DNA of 61,647 nt, filler included, from an uncultured virus (IMG/VR IMGVR_UViG_2061766007_001776) (lineage: Duplodnaviria; Heunggongvirae; Uroviricota; Caudoviricetes). It is 7 parts of one record of this genome, joined end to end, with 100 filler letters (N's around TTAATTAATTAA, not from the genome) between each part and the next. Parts side by side here need not be neighbours in the genome. Positions count along the whole stretch, not along the records: positions 32,155 to 43,951 come from IMGVR_UViG_2061766007_001776; positions 44,052 to 46,839 come from IMGVR_UViG_2061766007_001776; 5 more parts are not named here. One strand, given 5' to 3'. Shown here piece by piece: positions 34,157 to 45,100 of the stretch (position 1 is the stretch's first letter; the number at the start of each line of letters is the position of its first letter). The notes beneath the pieces are model-generated. The model saw only the letters and a program-made list of their open reading frames with translations. It did no database searches and was not told the DNA's origin. The translations under genes and the position numbers were made by a program.

Positions 34157-34275
34157 TTGGTTCTCCTTTTTCCGTGTACACACTTCGCAGCCAAACAGAT
34201 TAATTCTCCGTTGTCGTTATAATCAGCCTTANNNNNNNNNNNNNNNNNNNNNNNNNNACCGGATATTCAGCCATG

Positions 34276-34985
34276 TTATTCTCCTTTCAACTTATAACCA
34301 AGCGAATGAACTTTATCGAGTATTTCCTGACCTGACTTTCTACCAAGATTACGTATAGCAAACAACTCATCAACACTCATATTGCATATATCTCCAAGAG
34401 TTTTAATCTCAGCTCTCTTTAAGCAGTTGTAAGGTCTTACCGATAAGTCGAGTTCAATTATCTTTAAATCAAGAGGATAATCTTCAGCGAGTTGCATCTT
34501 GTGTGTCTCGATTTGATAGTGAGCTAAAGCTGTTTCGTATTCGAGTTTTGCTCTGTTAACTGCATCACTTAAGTCAACTCCACCAAAGATACGTTTATAC
34601 CTTGATGGATGTCTGAGTTTTCTTAATGCATGTTGTATGATACGCCNNNNNNNNNNNNNNNNACCATCATGGCAACATGACTAGGAGTTAACTCATCAGC
34701 AAATATGAAACGAATACACGATCTCTCGAGTTCACTTAAACCGGTATTGTCAATAACCCAGTTTAGATTAAATGTAACTTCATCTATTAATTCTTGGTCA
34801 GTAGCAAGCCAATATTCGCCCATAAGAAAGAACAACAGGTTAAAAGGATAATGTGCTTTATATGTATCCTTTTTGTCAGGCGCCTTATAAATATTATTAA
34901 AGAAGCGATATAATATACCAGCTTCTTCATTAGTAAGTTTCTCGTTAGTTTCAAGTTTATTGACTATTTTTACCATTTTGGACAC
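34276..34985 (-). CDS. Sigma70 region-4 HTH fused to an RNA polymerase alpha-CTD-like domain (frame broken only by an N gap)
   Basis: LSELERSCIRFIF...-gap-RIIQHALRKLRHPSR reads through without a stop into IELDLSVRPYNCLKRAEIKTLGDI...IRNLGRKS. Confidence 0.75.
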
Positions 34986-35223
34986 TGAGCAACACCTCCC
35001 CTAATTTAGCATATATTTTGTTATAACATTTATCACATACGAAAATATCTTTTTCAAGTCTGGCCATCTCACTGGTAGGTTCCCAGTTCTTGTTTTTACG
35101 TATAACCAAATGATAACAGTTTATTTCGAATATCTGTTCTTCTTTGCAGTAATCGCAATAGTACTTAACTTCTTTCATTTTAATCACCTCAATCCCATTC
35201 ATAACCTGAATATTTAGAAAAGT

Positions 35224-35994
35224 CTAATTCTNNNNNNNNNNNNNNNNNNNNNNNNNNNNNNNNNNNNNNNNNNNNNNNNNTAAGAGTCGTTCACTTAAGT
35301 ATCCAAAGAATCTCTGGTTTTCATTAGTACGCATTAATTCTGGAAAATTAAGTTCTTTCTCCATCCAAGAGTATAAAGGAAACAGAAATGAACAAAACTC
35401 ATCTAAATATTTTTTACGAGTTACCATCATATTGCATATAGCCATTGCTCCATTTTGTCTAAGTTCATAATTTATTACTGGATACAAATCTGGATAAAGT
35501 TTCTTAATTCCTCGTAGAGCACAATCCATATCCGAAATAACATGACAATCTCTGTATCCACGATAAACCGAATATTCACCTAAGTCAAATTCACCGCATT
35601 CAACTTGAGGTCTAACTAAATCTTGTAACTCGACTGCAGCTCCATTTACTATAAAGTCATAATAAGCTAATATGTGTTCTGCATGTTTATGACTTAATGG
35701 TGTATTTTCATCATCTCCAAAATATCTTCGATAATGCTCTATTCCGACTATGTCATCAGGTTGCGACTTATCGTTTTTCCATATCCAATACAATCCTGTT
35801 AATTCACAGTAATACCTATTCTTCCATGAAATGTTATCACCTGTGTTATCTCCAAGTTCTGGTAAATAACCTTGTTCAGTATCTATATAAATAGACTTAC
35901 CACAATGTATTGGTATATAGCCTGGAATATCTTTAATCGACTTTAAGTAATCGAAGGGACGATGAGCTACTATATACATTTTAAATCCGTTCAT
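35224..35994 (-). CDS. DUF4422-family glycosyltransferase
   Basis: GDNTGDNISWKNRYYCELTGLYWIWKN, VGIEHYRRYF, CNMMV, RFFGYLSERL. Confidence 0.85.
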   Translation of the reverse strand: MNGFKMYIVAHRPFDYLKSIKDIPGYIPIHCGKSIYIDTEQGYLPELGDNTGDNISWKNRYYCELTGLYWIWKNDKSQPDDIVGIEHYRRYFGDDENTPLSHKHAEHILAYYDFIVNGAAVELQDLVRPQVECGEFDLGEYSVYRGYRDCHVISDMDCALRGIKKLYPDLYPVINYELRQNGAMAICNMMVTRKKYLDEFCSFLFPLYSWMEKELNFPELMRTNENQRFFGYLSERLLXXXXXXXXXXXXXXXXXN

Positions 35995-36360
35995 GTTATA
36001 TCACCCCATTTAATCGGTTCGCATATAAAATCAAGACATTCTCTAATTTTTGCTACTGCGCGGTCAGCATATATTTCAGGAGAAAGTATACTCCAAGCCT
36101 CGAGAGACCTCTGCGCCATAATGTTTGCCTGAAGTATACGTGGATCAATATCGTGATGTCCAGAACAATAATAATCCCATTGTTGACGCATTATCTTAGC
36201 AGCTTCTTCAATAGTTATCATTCTGTTTGGATCAATATATTCTTTATTTAACCATTCTTCAGTTCCGTCAGGGACATCAGTAAATTCATCGAGTAAATCT
36301 ATTAACTCTACTCCTTCTAATTTCTTTAATGCTTCTAAGTTAGTCATATTTTTCTCCTTT

Positions 36361-37008
36361 CTAATTAGAGTATTTCGGAAGGTCATCAAGCTCGGGTTTA
36401 TTGTTAAATGTCCAGAGCAATCCAAACATGTTCCACAAAAAGGCTCTGTCGTGTGGTTCATCATTATCACCTCTTAAGTATTTAGTTAAGTGCCTTAAAC
36501 CACTATCAATATAACAGTGAAGAGGGATTCCTTTCTCCCAGTTTCTTTCATCATACTTCTTAGCGCCTTCTTCGTAATGTTTACTTAACTCGAGTATTGC
36601 ATCGTAAGGTGTTTTGTAATAACCTTCTGAGAAAATTAATATTGCTTCATGTATGTACTTTATATCTCTATTAACAATAAATGTACTGATACTATCAAGT
36701 ATTTCACAATATTTTTCTAATTTTCCGTCTTCAATTTCATCCATCTCACGTAAATATCTAATACTGTCAATCCAGCATGAAATAGAATACAAAGGCAACA
36801 AATCCATTCTACCTTTACCTTCTTGTATGTCCCTAACTGCTCCAGAATCAAAACTCCTGCGTTCACCTGAGTCTAATATCTTTTTAAATGTATTTATTGG
36901 ACTTTGCCTATAGCCGCTACAGTACATTGGATTGCTCTTGCTATGCTCGCAATCATGTTTTTCTACACAAGTTTCACACATACTTTTTTCTTCACTCATC
37001 TTTACCAT
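36361..37008 (-). CDS. dATP/dGTP diphosphohydrolase (DUF5664-like)
   Basis: DSGERRSFDSGAVRD..EGKGRMDLLP; YEEGAKKYDERNWEKGIP; DSGLRH; EPH. Confidence 0.8.
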   Translation of the reverse strand: MVKMSEEKSMCETCVEKHDCEHSKSNPMYCSGYRQSPINTFKKILDSGERRSFDSGAVRDIQEGKGRMDLLPLYSISCWIDSIRYLREMDEIEDGKLEKYCEILDSISTFIVNRDIKYIHEAILIFSEGYYKTPYDAILELSKHYEEGAKKYDERNWEKGIPLHCYIDSGLRHLTKYLRGDNDEPHDRAFLWNMFGLLWTFNNKPELDDLPKYSN

Positions 37009-37134
37009 CTTCAGTCTCCTCGCTTTCTTTGTCTTTCAGAAATCTTTTAACATCGCAATCATCTGCATCCCGTTCACATTTCTTCTTATCACACATTGGG
37101 CAACATATCCATCTTGCTCTTGCTTCTTCTCTTG

Positions 37135-37428
37135 TCATACTTCCTCACTTTCTTGTGGTTTAATCATCCTTGCCCCGCAGTTAGGGCAATAATTGCCTTT
37201 TTCATGCACTGATTTTATACTACGCCCACATATAGAACAACCATAAGCCATACGTGGTTTATCTTCGTCATCAAATAATTCCTCTCGGTATACCCATTCA
37301 CCTTTGGGAAGTGGTATTCCTTTTGTTATCACCTGTTCCGCTTCTGACGACACTCCACCAATATTTGATTCTGACTTCATTTTAATCAGATTGTATTCCT
37401 CTTCTGATATATCAATTATTAGTTTCAT
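37135..37428 (-). CDS. Zinc-ribbon phage protein
   Basis: GEW...CSICG...YCPNCGARM. Confidence 0.65.
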   Translation of the reverse strand: MKLIIDISEEEYNLIKMKSESNIGGVSSEAEQVITKGIPLPKGEWVYREELFDDEDKPRMAYGCSICGRSIKSVHEKGNYCPNCGARMIKPQESEEV

Positions 37429-37615
37429 TCACTTTCCTCACTTTCCGCCTTAAATAATTCTATTAATTTTGGGCATTTTCCTTTTTCGATTATTCGCATA
37501 CATGGAAGACAATAATCACAACATATTACATCCGACAAATATCTACTCTGTCTGCCCGTTTGATAATCATTTCGTCTATGACAAGTTCTGATAACACGCT
37601 TAATATCTTCGTCTG

Positions 37616-38008
37616 TCATTCACTTTCCTCCATCTTTGCTCCACAGTTAGGACAGTATTTTAATAAACCTTCATCGTGTTCAGAATCTCTATAGCAACCA
37701 CATTCCGAACACCAATACCAATTAGGCATATCCGGTGCTTGCATCCACTTTCCTTCTTTTTTCTTTGGTGTAGGCATAACTGGCGGTAAATCCTTATAAC
37801 ACTCACTCAGCAATTTCTTGTAATTCTCTACTGTCCTATCAGTATCAAGTGCTTTATCCATTTTATTTAAAGTATCTAATACTGCCTGTCTGCTTATGCA
37901 ATTGTAATCTTCACAAGACTGTTGTTTTGTCTGTAAATAATAATCTTTTTCCATTTGTGTTTGGGGTATATCATCTCCATATACTAAATGTTGATCTGTC
38001 AGTCCCAT
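37616..38008 (-). CDS. Zinc-ribbon phage protein
   Basis: ISRQAV...GKW...CSECG...YCPNCGAKM. Confidence 0.65.
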   Translation of the reverse strand: MGLTDQHLVYGDDIPQTQMEKDYYLQTKQQSCEDYNCISRQAVLDTLNKMDKALDTDRTVENYKKLLSECYKDLPPVMPTPKKKEGKWMQAPDMPNWYWCSECGCYRDSEHDEGLLKYCPNCGAKMEESE

Positions 38009-38457
38009 TTATTTTCCTCACTTTCTGACTCATATGGTTCAGGTAAAGGCATCCATGCCAGAAGTCCTTTTTCTCCAACTTTCCACTTCTCACAGTTTTC
38101 TTTGATTTGANNNNNNNNNNTATTCCGCAACCCTTACTACCTTATCTTCATTATAATTCACAATAGTGACTAAAACTCGTTGAAAATCTTCCGGATGGTA
38201 TGCAGAACTAACAGAAATCCAATCTGTTTTTCCCTTTGGTATGACAGAAGGTAAACCTTTAATCCCATACCAAACGTCGCCTTTTGTATTAGTAAATTTA
38301 AATAAATCTAGTGCAGCCTGTCTACTTATACAATCATTGCAAGTCAGTTGTTCTAATATTTGTGTCGCTATCTTGAAAAACTCATACGTATTACTACCTT
38401 TCGAATCTTCCTGCAATTCAAGCCACATTTTACCAAAATCTATTGCTTCGTCTAATG

Positions 38458-38980
38458 TCATTCTTTTTCTCCTTTTAAATAATTAAAATTAGCAATAATT
38501 TCATTTACATGATCTTCTATATTTTTATTGTAATTTTCGTAATCTACAACAAATCCAAGAGTTGCTAAAGAAGTCTGTACACGAATATCTGTTTCCCTTT
38601 TATAACCTTTTTCAACAGTAATAGCAAGACGCATTTCCAAATTTGTAGGAAATCTCATCTGCATTCTGCAAATGTTCCTGCCAAGTTCATACATACAAAT
38701 TGGTTGGTCTGATTCTCCTGCACAAAAATACATTGAGAAAATATCGCATTGTTCAAGCATATTAAATTCCCACTTAATTTGTTCTTCAGCTGCATTTGGG
38801 TCATTAATTGGAAAATCTTTCCTTCTTGGATTAAAGATTACAAGATTATCTAAATTTTTTTCATTTAACAATTCTATTGCTTTATCTTGCCATTCCCAAC
38901 AATTTGTAATACCGCCTGCTAGGAATATTGTTATGTCGTTAGGTTGTCTTATATATTTTTCAGGTGCTGTTATGACTCTC
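38458..38980 (-). CDS. Nucleoside 2-deoxyribosyltransferase-like protein
   Basis: IFLAGGI, FNPRR, QIKWE, YELG. Confidence 0.75.
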
Positions 38981-40010
38981 ATATTATTTCTCCTTATCTT
39001 CACTTTCCTTTGGCATTTCAGTTATAGTTAATAGTATCTTTTCATTATAATACTCATCTAGATATGCCTTAATAAAAATCAAAGCAGCATGTAATGTCAT
39101 TTCACTAGCTAAAACTGTTTTTCCCTCTAATACCATAAATTTTCTTTCTTCCATTTTAATTCCCCCTATTTGCTACTCTATAACCATTATCTAGAGCATC
39201 TAATAATACATTAATATCGTCAGTTGCTTGTGTTGCTTGACCTTCANNNNNNNNNNNNNNNNNNNNNNNNNNNNNNNNNNNNNNNNNNNNNNAATCTTCT
39301 ATTTCTTTTAGTTGTCTTTCTAATTTCTTTGGTTCTTTTATTCGCCCAAGTATTTTAGCCATATATCTTTTTCCTTTCTACAAATCTAGCAGTTATTGTA
39401 GCTTCGAAGTTGAGTTCATCTACATTTTGCATATCTAATACTTCATAAATATCTTCATATAAATCATATCCATAAAGTTTCGCCCATTTCTTGCTGATAC
39501 GAGTTTTATGATGTCTTCTCTTCGGGATTTTAACAGTCTGACTAAATGTAAACTTTTGAGGCATTTGCGCTTCTTGTAATGCTAATTCTTGCAAGTAATG
39601 ACTTAACTTTGGTACTTCGATATTACATTCAAAACTTAATGGCTGATTTAATAAAACTGGCTTTGTAAAAAATGATGGTTCATCCCAATCTAATGTGCAA
39701 CAATTTATACTCGCCAGCTTTTTGCCATCCATGAAAATTATTTCACCCATACAATACTCCTTATTTATTTTGCATTTCTGCTTTCATAATTAATTCTTTA
39801 ACTGTTTTATAATAAGCTAAAACATAAATTGGATAATATGATGCATCACTATGACCAGTTGTAATAATTACGGTTTTAGCGTTCTTGTGATAATTAACTG
39901 GATGAACTTCGATTATATGATTTATATTAATTAATACATCATCTCCATCACTTGTTGCTAATTCTATAAACATATTATTCTTCCTCTCCTTTAAATAAAA
40001 AAAGGGCCAA

Positions 40011-41063
40011 CTAANNNNNNNNNNNNNNNNNNNNNNNNGAAATTCCAACTTCTCTTAATACTCTGCTCAACTCAGCTAATCCAATCTCACCAAAGCAGCG
40101 AGTATTTTCTTTAATCTGTGCAGGTGAAGTTCTCAATATATCTCCAACTGTTATGTATCCAGCCCTTACAAGAGCATTACGATACCTCTTATCAAGTTTG
40201 GGATTGAAGAACTCTGAAACTTTCTTGTCATCCCAACGGTCAGTATCAATCTTGTAAGTAAATCCAATAGACAGCAGGAATTCCTTAAGATTCGTCATAT
40301 TCGAAGCCTTGAAATTCTTAAATGACTCGATAGTTACCTTCTTAACACCGATAATATCTTTAATCATGTTAAGACCATGTGCTTCGAGAATAATCCTTGT
40401 CGCAGGCCATAACTTCTTGCTGTCATATTCGGAAAGCCTAGTCCAGAGTTTTTTATTAATATCTTTGTTATTCATCATGCGCATTGACAAATTAAAATCG
40501 TCAAGTAAAGGCGTAATGTATTTCCATTTGTATGCAAAGTAATACGGAATGCCATTACGATCCAGCACATTAACAAAGTTCTTAATCATACCTCTATCAA
40601 AGTTCAACTTCTCGACTATATCAGCTACCTGAACAGTCTTACCGAGTCTATCATCATTAATCAAATCACCAACAGTAAAGAACTTACCATACTGTAGAGC
40701 TGTGCGAGTTGCTTCGTTAAATCCAAGAGTATACAACTCAGTGTCAAGGTCCCATGCTGGAATATCTTTATTCTTGCTTGAAGCTGCTGCCAAGAGTTCT
40801 TCCTTTGGATCCTGCTCAATTACTGTAACTTTCGGAATAGTTAAGTTCTTACTAAAAGATTCTGGTACAGGAATAACCTGCGGTTCTGTAACTGACTGAG
40901 TCTCACTAGGATCCTTCTCTGTAGCACCGTCACGATATTCTTCAATAATCTCAATACACTGATTAAACGCCAAGCACATGCCCTTTGTTAACTCGGTGTT
41001 AATCTCTTTGAATCTTGCTTCTTCCTTATAAATTTTATCAATTACTTTTGCCCAATTGTCCAT
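40011..41063 (-). CDS. Protein with three RNAP alpha-CTD-like (HhH) repeats
   Basis: TRTALQYGKFFTVGDL; TRIILEAHGLNMIKDI..FKNFK; YRNALVRAGYITVGDI...FGEIGLAEL. Confidence 0.6.
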   Translation of the reverse strand: MDNWAKVIDKIYKEEARFKEINTELTKGMCLAFNQCIEIIEEYRDGATEKDPSETQSVTEPQVIPVPESFSKNLTIPKVTVIEQDPKEELLAAASSKNKDIPAWDLDTELYTLGFNEATRTALQYGKFFTVGDLINDDRLGKTVQVADIVEKLNFDRGMIKNFVNVLDRNGIPYYFAYKWKYITPLLDDFNLSMRMMNNKDINKKLWTRLSEYDSKKLWPATRIILEAHGLNMIKDIIGVKKVTIESFKNFKASNMTNLKEFLLSIGFTYKIDTDRWDDKKVSEFFNPKLDKRYRNALVRAGYITVGDILRTSPAQIKENTRCFGEIGLAELSRVLREVGIXXXXXXXXX

Positions 41064-41367
41064 AAATTTTCGTCTCCTTTTAATTAATCAAATTTGTGTA
41101 ATTGTTACGATGTCATAGTCAAAATCATAACCGCATTTCTTTGCCAATTTTGGACTTACTGCTACTGCACAACTCTCAACACAATCTGGTTTATTATTAA
41201 CAACCAAATCAACATAATCAATACTTCCAACACCTGGTACTTTACTGATTCGTACCTTGGTTCCATTCTTGAAACCTGGAGCGTTAACTTCACCTTCTTT
41301 CAAATCATTATTGATCATTACGAATACAAACCGTTTCACTTTGTCACCTCTTTTCTCACAAATTTTT

Positions 41368-41510
41368 AAGAAACTAAGGAACCGTAACTTTTCGTTATCA
41401 GCTCCTTAGCTTCTGTTATCAAACTTAGGGAGGTAGCCAACATGAACAGATCTGTGTCATAACTAAATATCTTTAGTCATCACATAGATTTGCACAAGTG
41501 ACCTACCACT
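41368..41510 (-). ncRNA. Putative promoter-to-terminator small RNA (long hairpin)
   Basis: Promoter motif 41511-41537; nested stems closing on a GATA loop; terminator hairpin; no RBS-led ORF. Confidence 0.45.
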
Positions 41511-41537
41511 CCATTATACAGTCATTAATTTTCGCGG

Positions 41538-41656
41538 ATACCCTCTAGAACGCACCAGAATGCCCAAATAGGCCCATTTCGTATTTCAGGGTAAAATCCT
41601 ACCACAATTATATGAAACAGGCCTAAATGAGGCTCCTAGTGCGTTACAGAGGTATT
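41538..41656. repeat. 119-bp imperfect palindrome, copy 4
   Basis: ATACCCTCTAGAACGCAC...GTGCGTTACAGAGGTATT. Confidence 0.85.
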
Positions 41657-42142
41657 CTAGTTAATACCGTCGTCTGTTGAATAAAGTAACTTCGGAACCA
41701 GCAATACTTCTCTTGCTAAGTCTTCCATTACTCTTGTTTCAAATCCATGCAAACTTCCACCATTATTATTCTGGAACTGGATTACTTCTTTGTTAAATAT
41801 GCATATATGGAAAGTTTCGTTCATAACAACAATATCTTTATACTCCTTGAAGTGAGGATTACCTTCAAATGCGTTTTTAATTAACTCGGAGTTAATTTCA
41901 GCTTCACCTGTATCAATAACGTCAATAACAAGCTTTAATCCACCATATTCATACTCATCGTTCAGCAAGTGCTTGAGTGAATATGCTTTCTTTGAGTTAT
42001 TAACCAGCATTGTCATGGTTGTACTTGATGATGACGTATCAATATCTATAGAGATATCGGGGTCATCACCAAAGATAGCTCTGATACGGTATGCCATGGA
42101 CACATCGGGACGGTTTGCAGTTGCATTAATAATTTCTTTCAT
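41657..42142 (-). CDS. Conserved hypothetical phage protein
   Basis: 161 aa; AIFGDDPDI, AFEGNP, FNKEVIQF motifs. Confidence 0.65.
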   Translation of the reverse strand: MKEIINATANRPDVSMAYRIRAIFGDDPDISIDIDTSSSSTTMTMLVNNSKKAYSLKHLLNDEYEYGGLKLVIDVIDTGEAEINSELIKNAFEGNPHFKEYKDIVVMNETFHICIFNKEVIQFQNNNGGSLHGFETRVMEDLAREVLLVPKLLYSTDDGIN

Positions 42143-42332
42143 AGTTTAATCTCCTTTAAGAAATTTTATTATATAATCCAAGTTAACATCTTCAACTAAA
42201 TGAAACTGATTAATCCACTTAAGTCCAATGCTAACCGGATCAAATTTTTGGTCAAGTGCTTTTAGACGTTCATCACCAATAAGCACTACTAAATATCTTT
42301 TACCCTTCTCATCTTCAATGATAGAGCCTCTT

Positions 42333-43028
42333 TTAATCTTTGTGATTGACATAATATTTCCTCATTACTCTAGTTAGTTTCTTGTTAACGTTCTCTAAAT
42401 ATTTATCTGCTTCTTCATACTTCTTTAAGTAATCTGATGGAAAGTATTTAGGTTTCTTTCTATCTTTCTCAAATATTTGTTTAACTCTTCGATCAAAGTT
42501 ATCCTTATTAAAATAAAATACATATGCTTTTCCATTAAGAACTTCTTCTAATCTTTCAGGATGTTTCTTAATATTTATTATTTCGTGAAGACTAATACCT
42601 ACTTCATCAAATCCCGCATCAAAGATTAAAGCTTTAATTAAATCTTCTGGTAAACGAGCATACTTATTAAAGAAAATATACGGATAATCTAATTCATAAG
42701 ACGGTCCGGTTCTGCCAGTTTCCTTATCTTCTTTAATACAGAAATTTATATGTCCGCCACATGAATATTCTGTATCATAACCCATAAAGTTAAGCCACGC
42801 AATAGACTGAGCTATTCTTCTATCAACCATAAAGTGGTTTCTATTTTTTACTTTTAATGTCTTTGCACAACGAGGACAGAATGTACGTATTTCCAAGTTA
42901 TTAATATATACATCTCGTCTGTCCTCAGGTTTATCAAAACTAAACTTTAGCTTAAGTGGTTTAACATTATAGCAAGTACCACAGATCAAAGCAACATCTT
43001 GAGTTTGTCCAATTTCTATTTTACTCAT
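42333..43028 (-). CDS. Hypothetical protein with CxxC pairs and an LN..GY.T..SC.GH motif
   Basis: CGTC, CPRC, LNFMGYDTEYSCGGH; start MSKIEI with GAAGG RBS. Confidence 0.55.
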   Translation of the reverse strand: MSKIEIGQTQDVALICGTCYNVKPLKLKFSFDKPEDRRDVYINNLEIRTFCPRCAKTLKVKNRNHFMVDRRIAQSIAWLNFMGYDTEYSCGGHINFCIKEDKETGRTGPSYELDYPYIFFNKYARLPEDLIKALIFDAGFDEVGISLHEIINIKKHPERLEEVLNGKAYVFYFNKDNFDRRVKQIFEKDRKKPKYFPSDYLKKYEEADKYLENVNKKLTRVMRKYYVNHKD

Positions 43029-45027
43029 TAGCATCACCTTCTTCCTCATCATCATCTTCGATTTCATCAAACAAATACTCCGATAAATCAAGTAAACCNN
43101 NNNNNNNNATTATTCATTTATTTCATAAACGCCAGTTCTCACTATGTTCAAAAAACACTTTACTTCGTAAACTGCAGTTCTCACTTTGTTCGATCTGAAA
43201 GAACTAAAGGAACCAAATTTCTTTGATTCCTTTAATCCTAGTTTCAAACTTCAAATTACTTTACTTCGGTTTTGACACGCTTCTTAATGTCAACCTCACA
43301 AAAACTATCAATCTTAGCCTCAAGGCCATCTATTCTGTTGTCAAGTCCCTTAACTTTGGCTTTAACTTCCTCAAGCTCTTCGCTGGGAATCTCAACCTTT
43401 TCAGGTTCAGTTTCCTTTTCTACTCGCTTGTATCTTTCATAAGCTCCCATTAAGGTGTTAACAAGGCTGTCAATGTCCTTTTCCAATGATTCACTTTCAT
43501 AGTTAATGTTGATTGTATACTTCATTTCGTTTACCCCCTTAAAATAAAATATTTTAGGTTATTCACCTATAATAATCGTATNNNNNNNNNNNNNNNNNNN
43601 NAGATTTCTCTAGACTCTAACGAAAAGGCGTTCCTCTTCGTGAATGTTTGGGAATTCCTTTCTAAAGTACAACTCGTAATCGTACTGTCCGACATATGAA
43701 AATCCTTCCTTTTCCAACTCCTCATTTAAATCATCAAAGTTGGTTGTGCTGGATTCCCATCGTCTGGACTTCTTTACGTAGTCGTCCTTTACGGTATCCC
43801 AAATAAAAATTCTACCTTTAAACATGATATCACCCCCTCTATAATGAGAGTAAATATCTTTGCGAAAAAACGAAATATTCCTGTAAAAAACGAAATGGAA
43901 CCAAAAGTCCCATCTCGTCTGGATAAGTTACGGTTACTCTTTTAATTCTCCNNNNNNNNNNNNNNNNNNNNNNNNNNNNNNNNNNNNNNNNNNNNTTAAT
44001 TAATTAANNNNNNNNNNNNNNNNNNNNNNNNNNNNNNNNNNNNNNNNNNNNATCAAATATCGTCTGGTTATAGTCAATTAAATGACCATACCATAATATA
44101 AATCCAATAATTGTACCTGCGAATGCGCCGATCGCTACCATTCCAGTTGCTAATAAAAACATCGGTAAACCAACTTTAAGTTCCTCTTTTAAAATGTCTT
44201 TTAATAATTTCTTCATAATTTTTACCTCCTTTTTGTTCTATAATATGCAGTTTTTTTATTGCGAATCGCATTTATTTCATAAACGCCAGTTCTCACTATG
44301 TTCAAACTGAAAAAAATATGGGAACGCTCTATTCCAACGTTCNNNNNNNNNNCCTACAATAGTTTGTTTGGTTTCTATAATATGCAGTTTTTTTTACGCG
44401 AATAGTAAGACATTTATGACTTGTTTATTTAAGTACTAACATAATGTAATTATGGTTTATGCAAAAAAAAAAGAGCAACAGATTTTTCTGCTACTCTCTT
44501 CCGACAAGATTAAATATCTTTATTATTTACTTTGTGTATTNNNNNNNNNNNNNNNNNNNNNNNNNNNNNNNNNNNNNNNNNNNNNNNNNNNNNNNNNNNN
44601 NNNNNNNNNNNNNNNNNNNNNNNNNNNNNNNNNNNNNNNNNNNNNNNNNNNNNNCTTTGTTGCTATTAATGGATTCCCTGTACAAAATACAATATAAAAT
44701 ATTAACCATACTATTCCAATAATTAAATACATAATATCATCTCCTTTCGTTTTCTTGTCATTAGAGGAGTGAATATCTTTGCGAAAAAAGAAAGGCCCGG
44801 ATTACTCCGAGTCTTCTTCCTTTGATTCACGATAACCTTTAATAAATCCTTTAATAAAGTCTACAATTTCTTTGATTATTACAAATTCAATAAATGCTTT
44901 ACAAAATCTTTTAAAAGTCATTCTATCATCTCCTTTCTATAAATAGAGCATAAAAAATAACGAAAAAAAAACAGACCGAACAAAAGTGAGGACTGCAATT
45001 TTTGAACGAAGTGAAAAAAATGTAGAA

Positions 45028-45100
45028 GAGTATTAGATAGCTTCGAACTATCGTCTCCAAGGTATACACCCTGGTGTACTACCATTGTACTATATTAACA
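45028..45100 (-). ncRNA. Degenerate tRNA-like RNA
   Basis: D-arm GTAC-AATGGTA-GTAC, arm CCAGG-GTGTATAC-CTTGG, T-arm GATAG-TTCGAAG-CTATC; weak acceptor stem; promoter 45129-45155. Confidence 0.6.

Noticed and set aside
36361..37008. Z-base (2-aminoadenine) genome
   Set aside because: No purZ-like gene is visible; DUF5664 alone is insufficient evidence.
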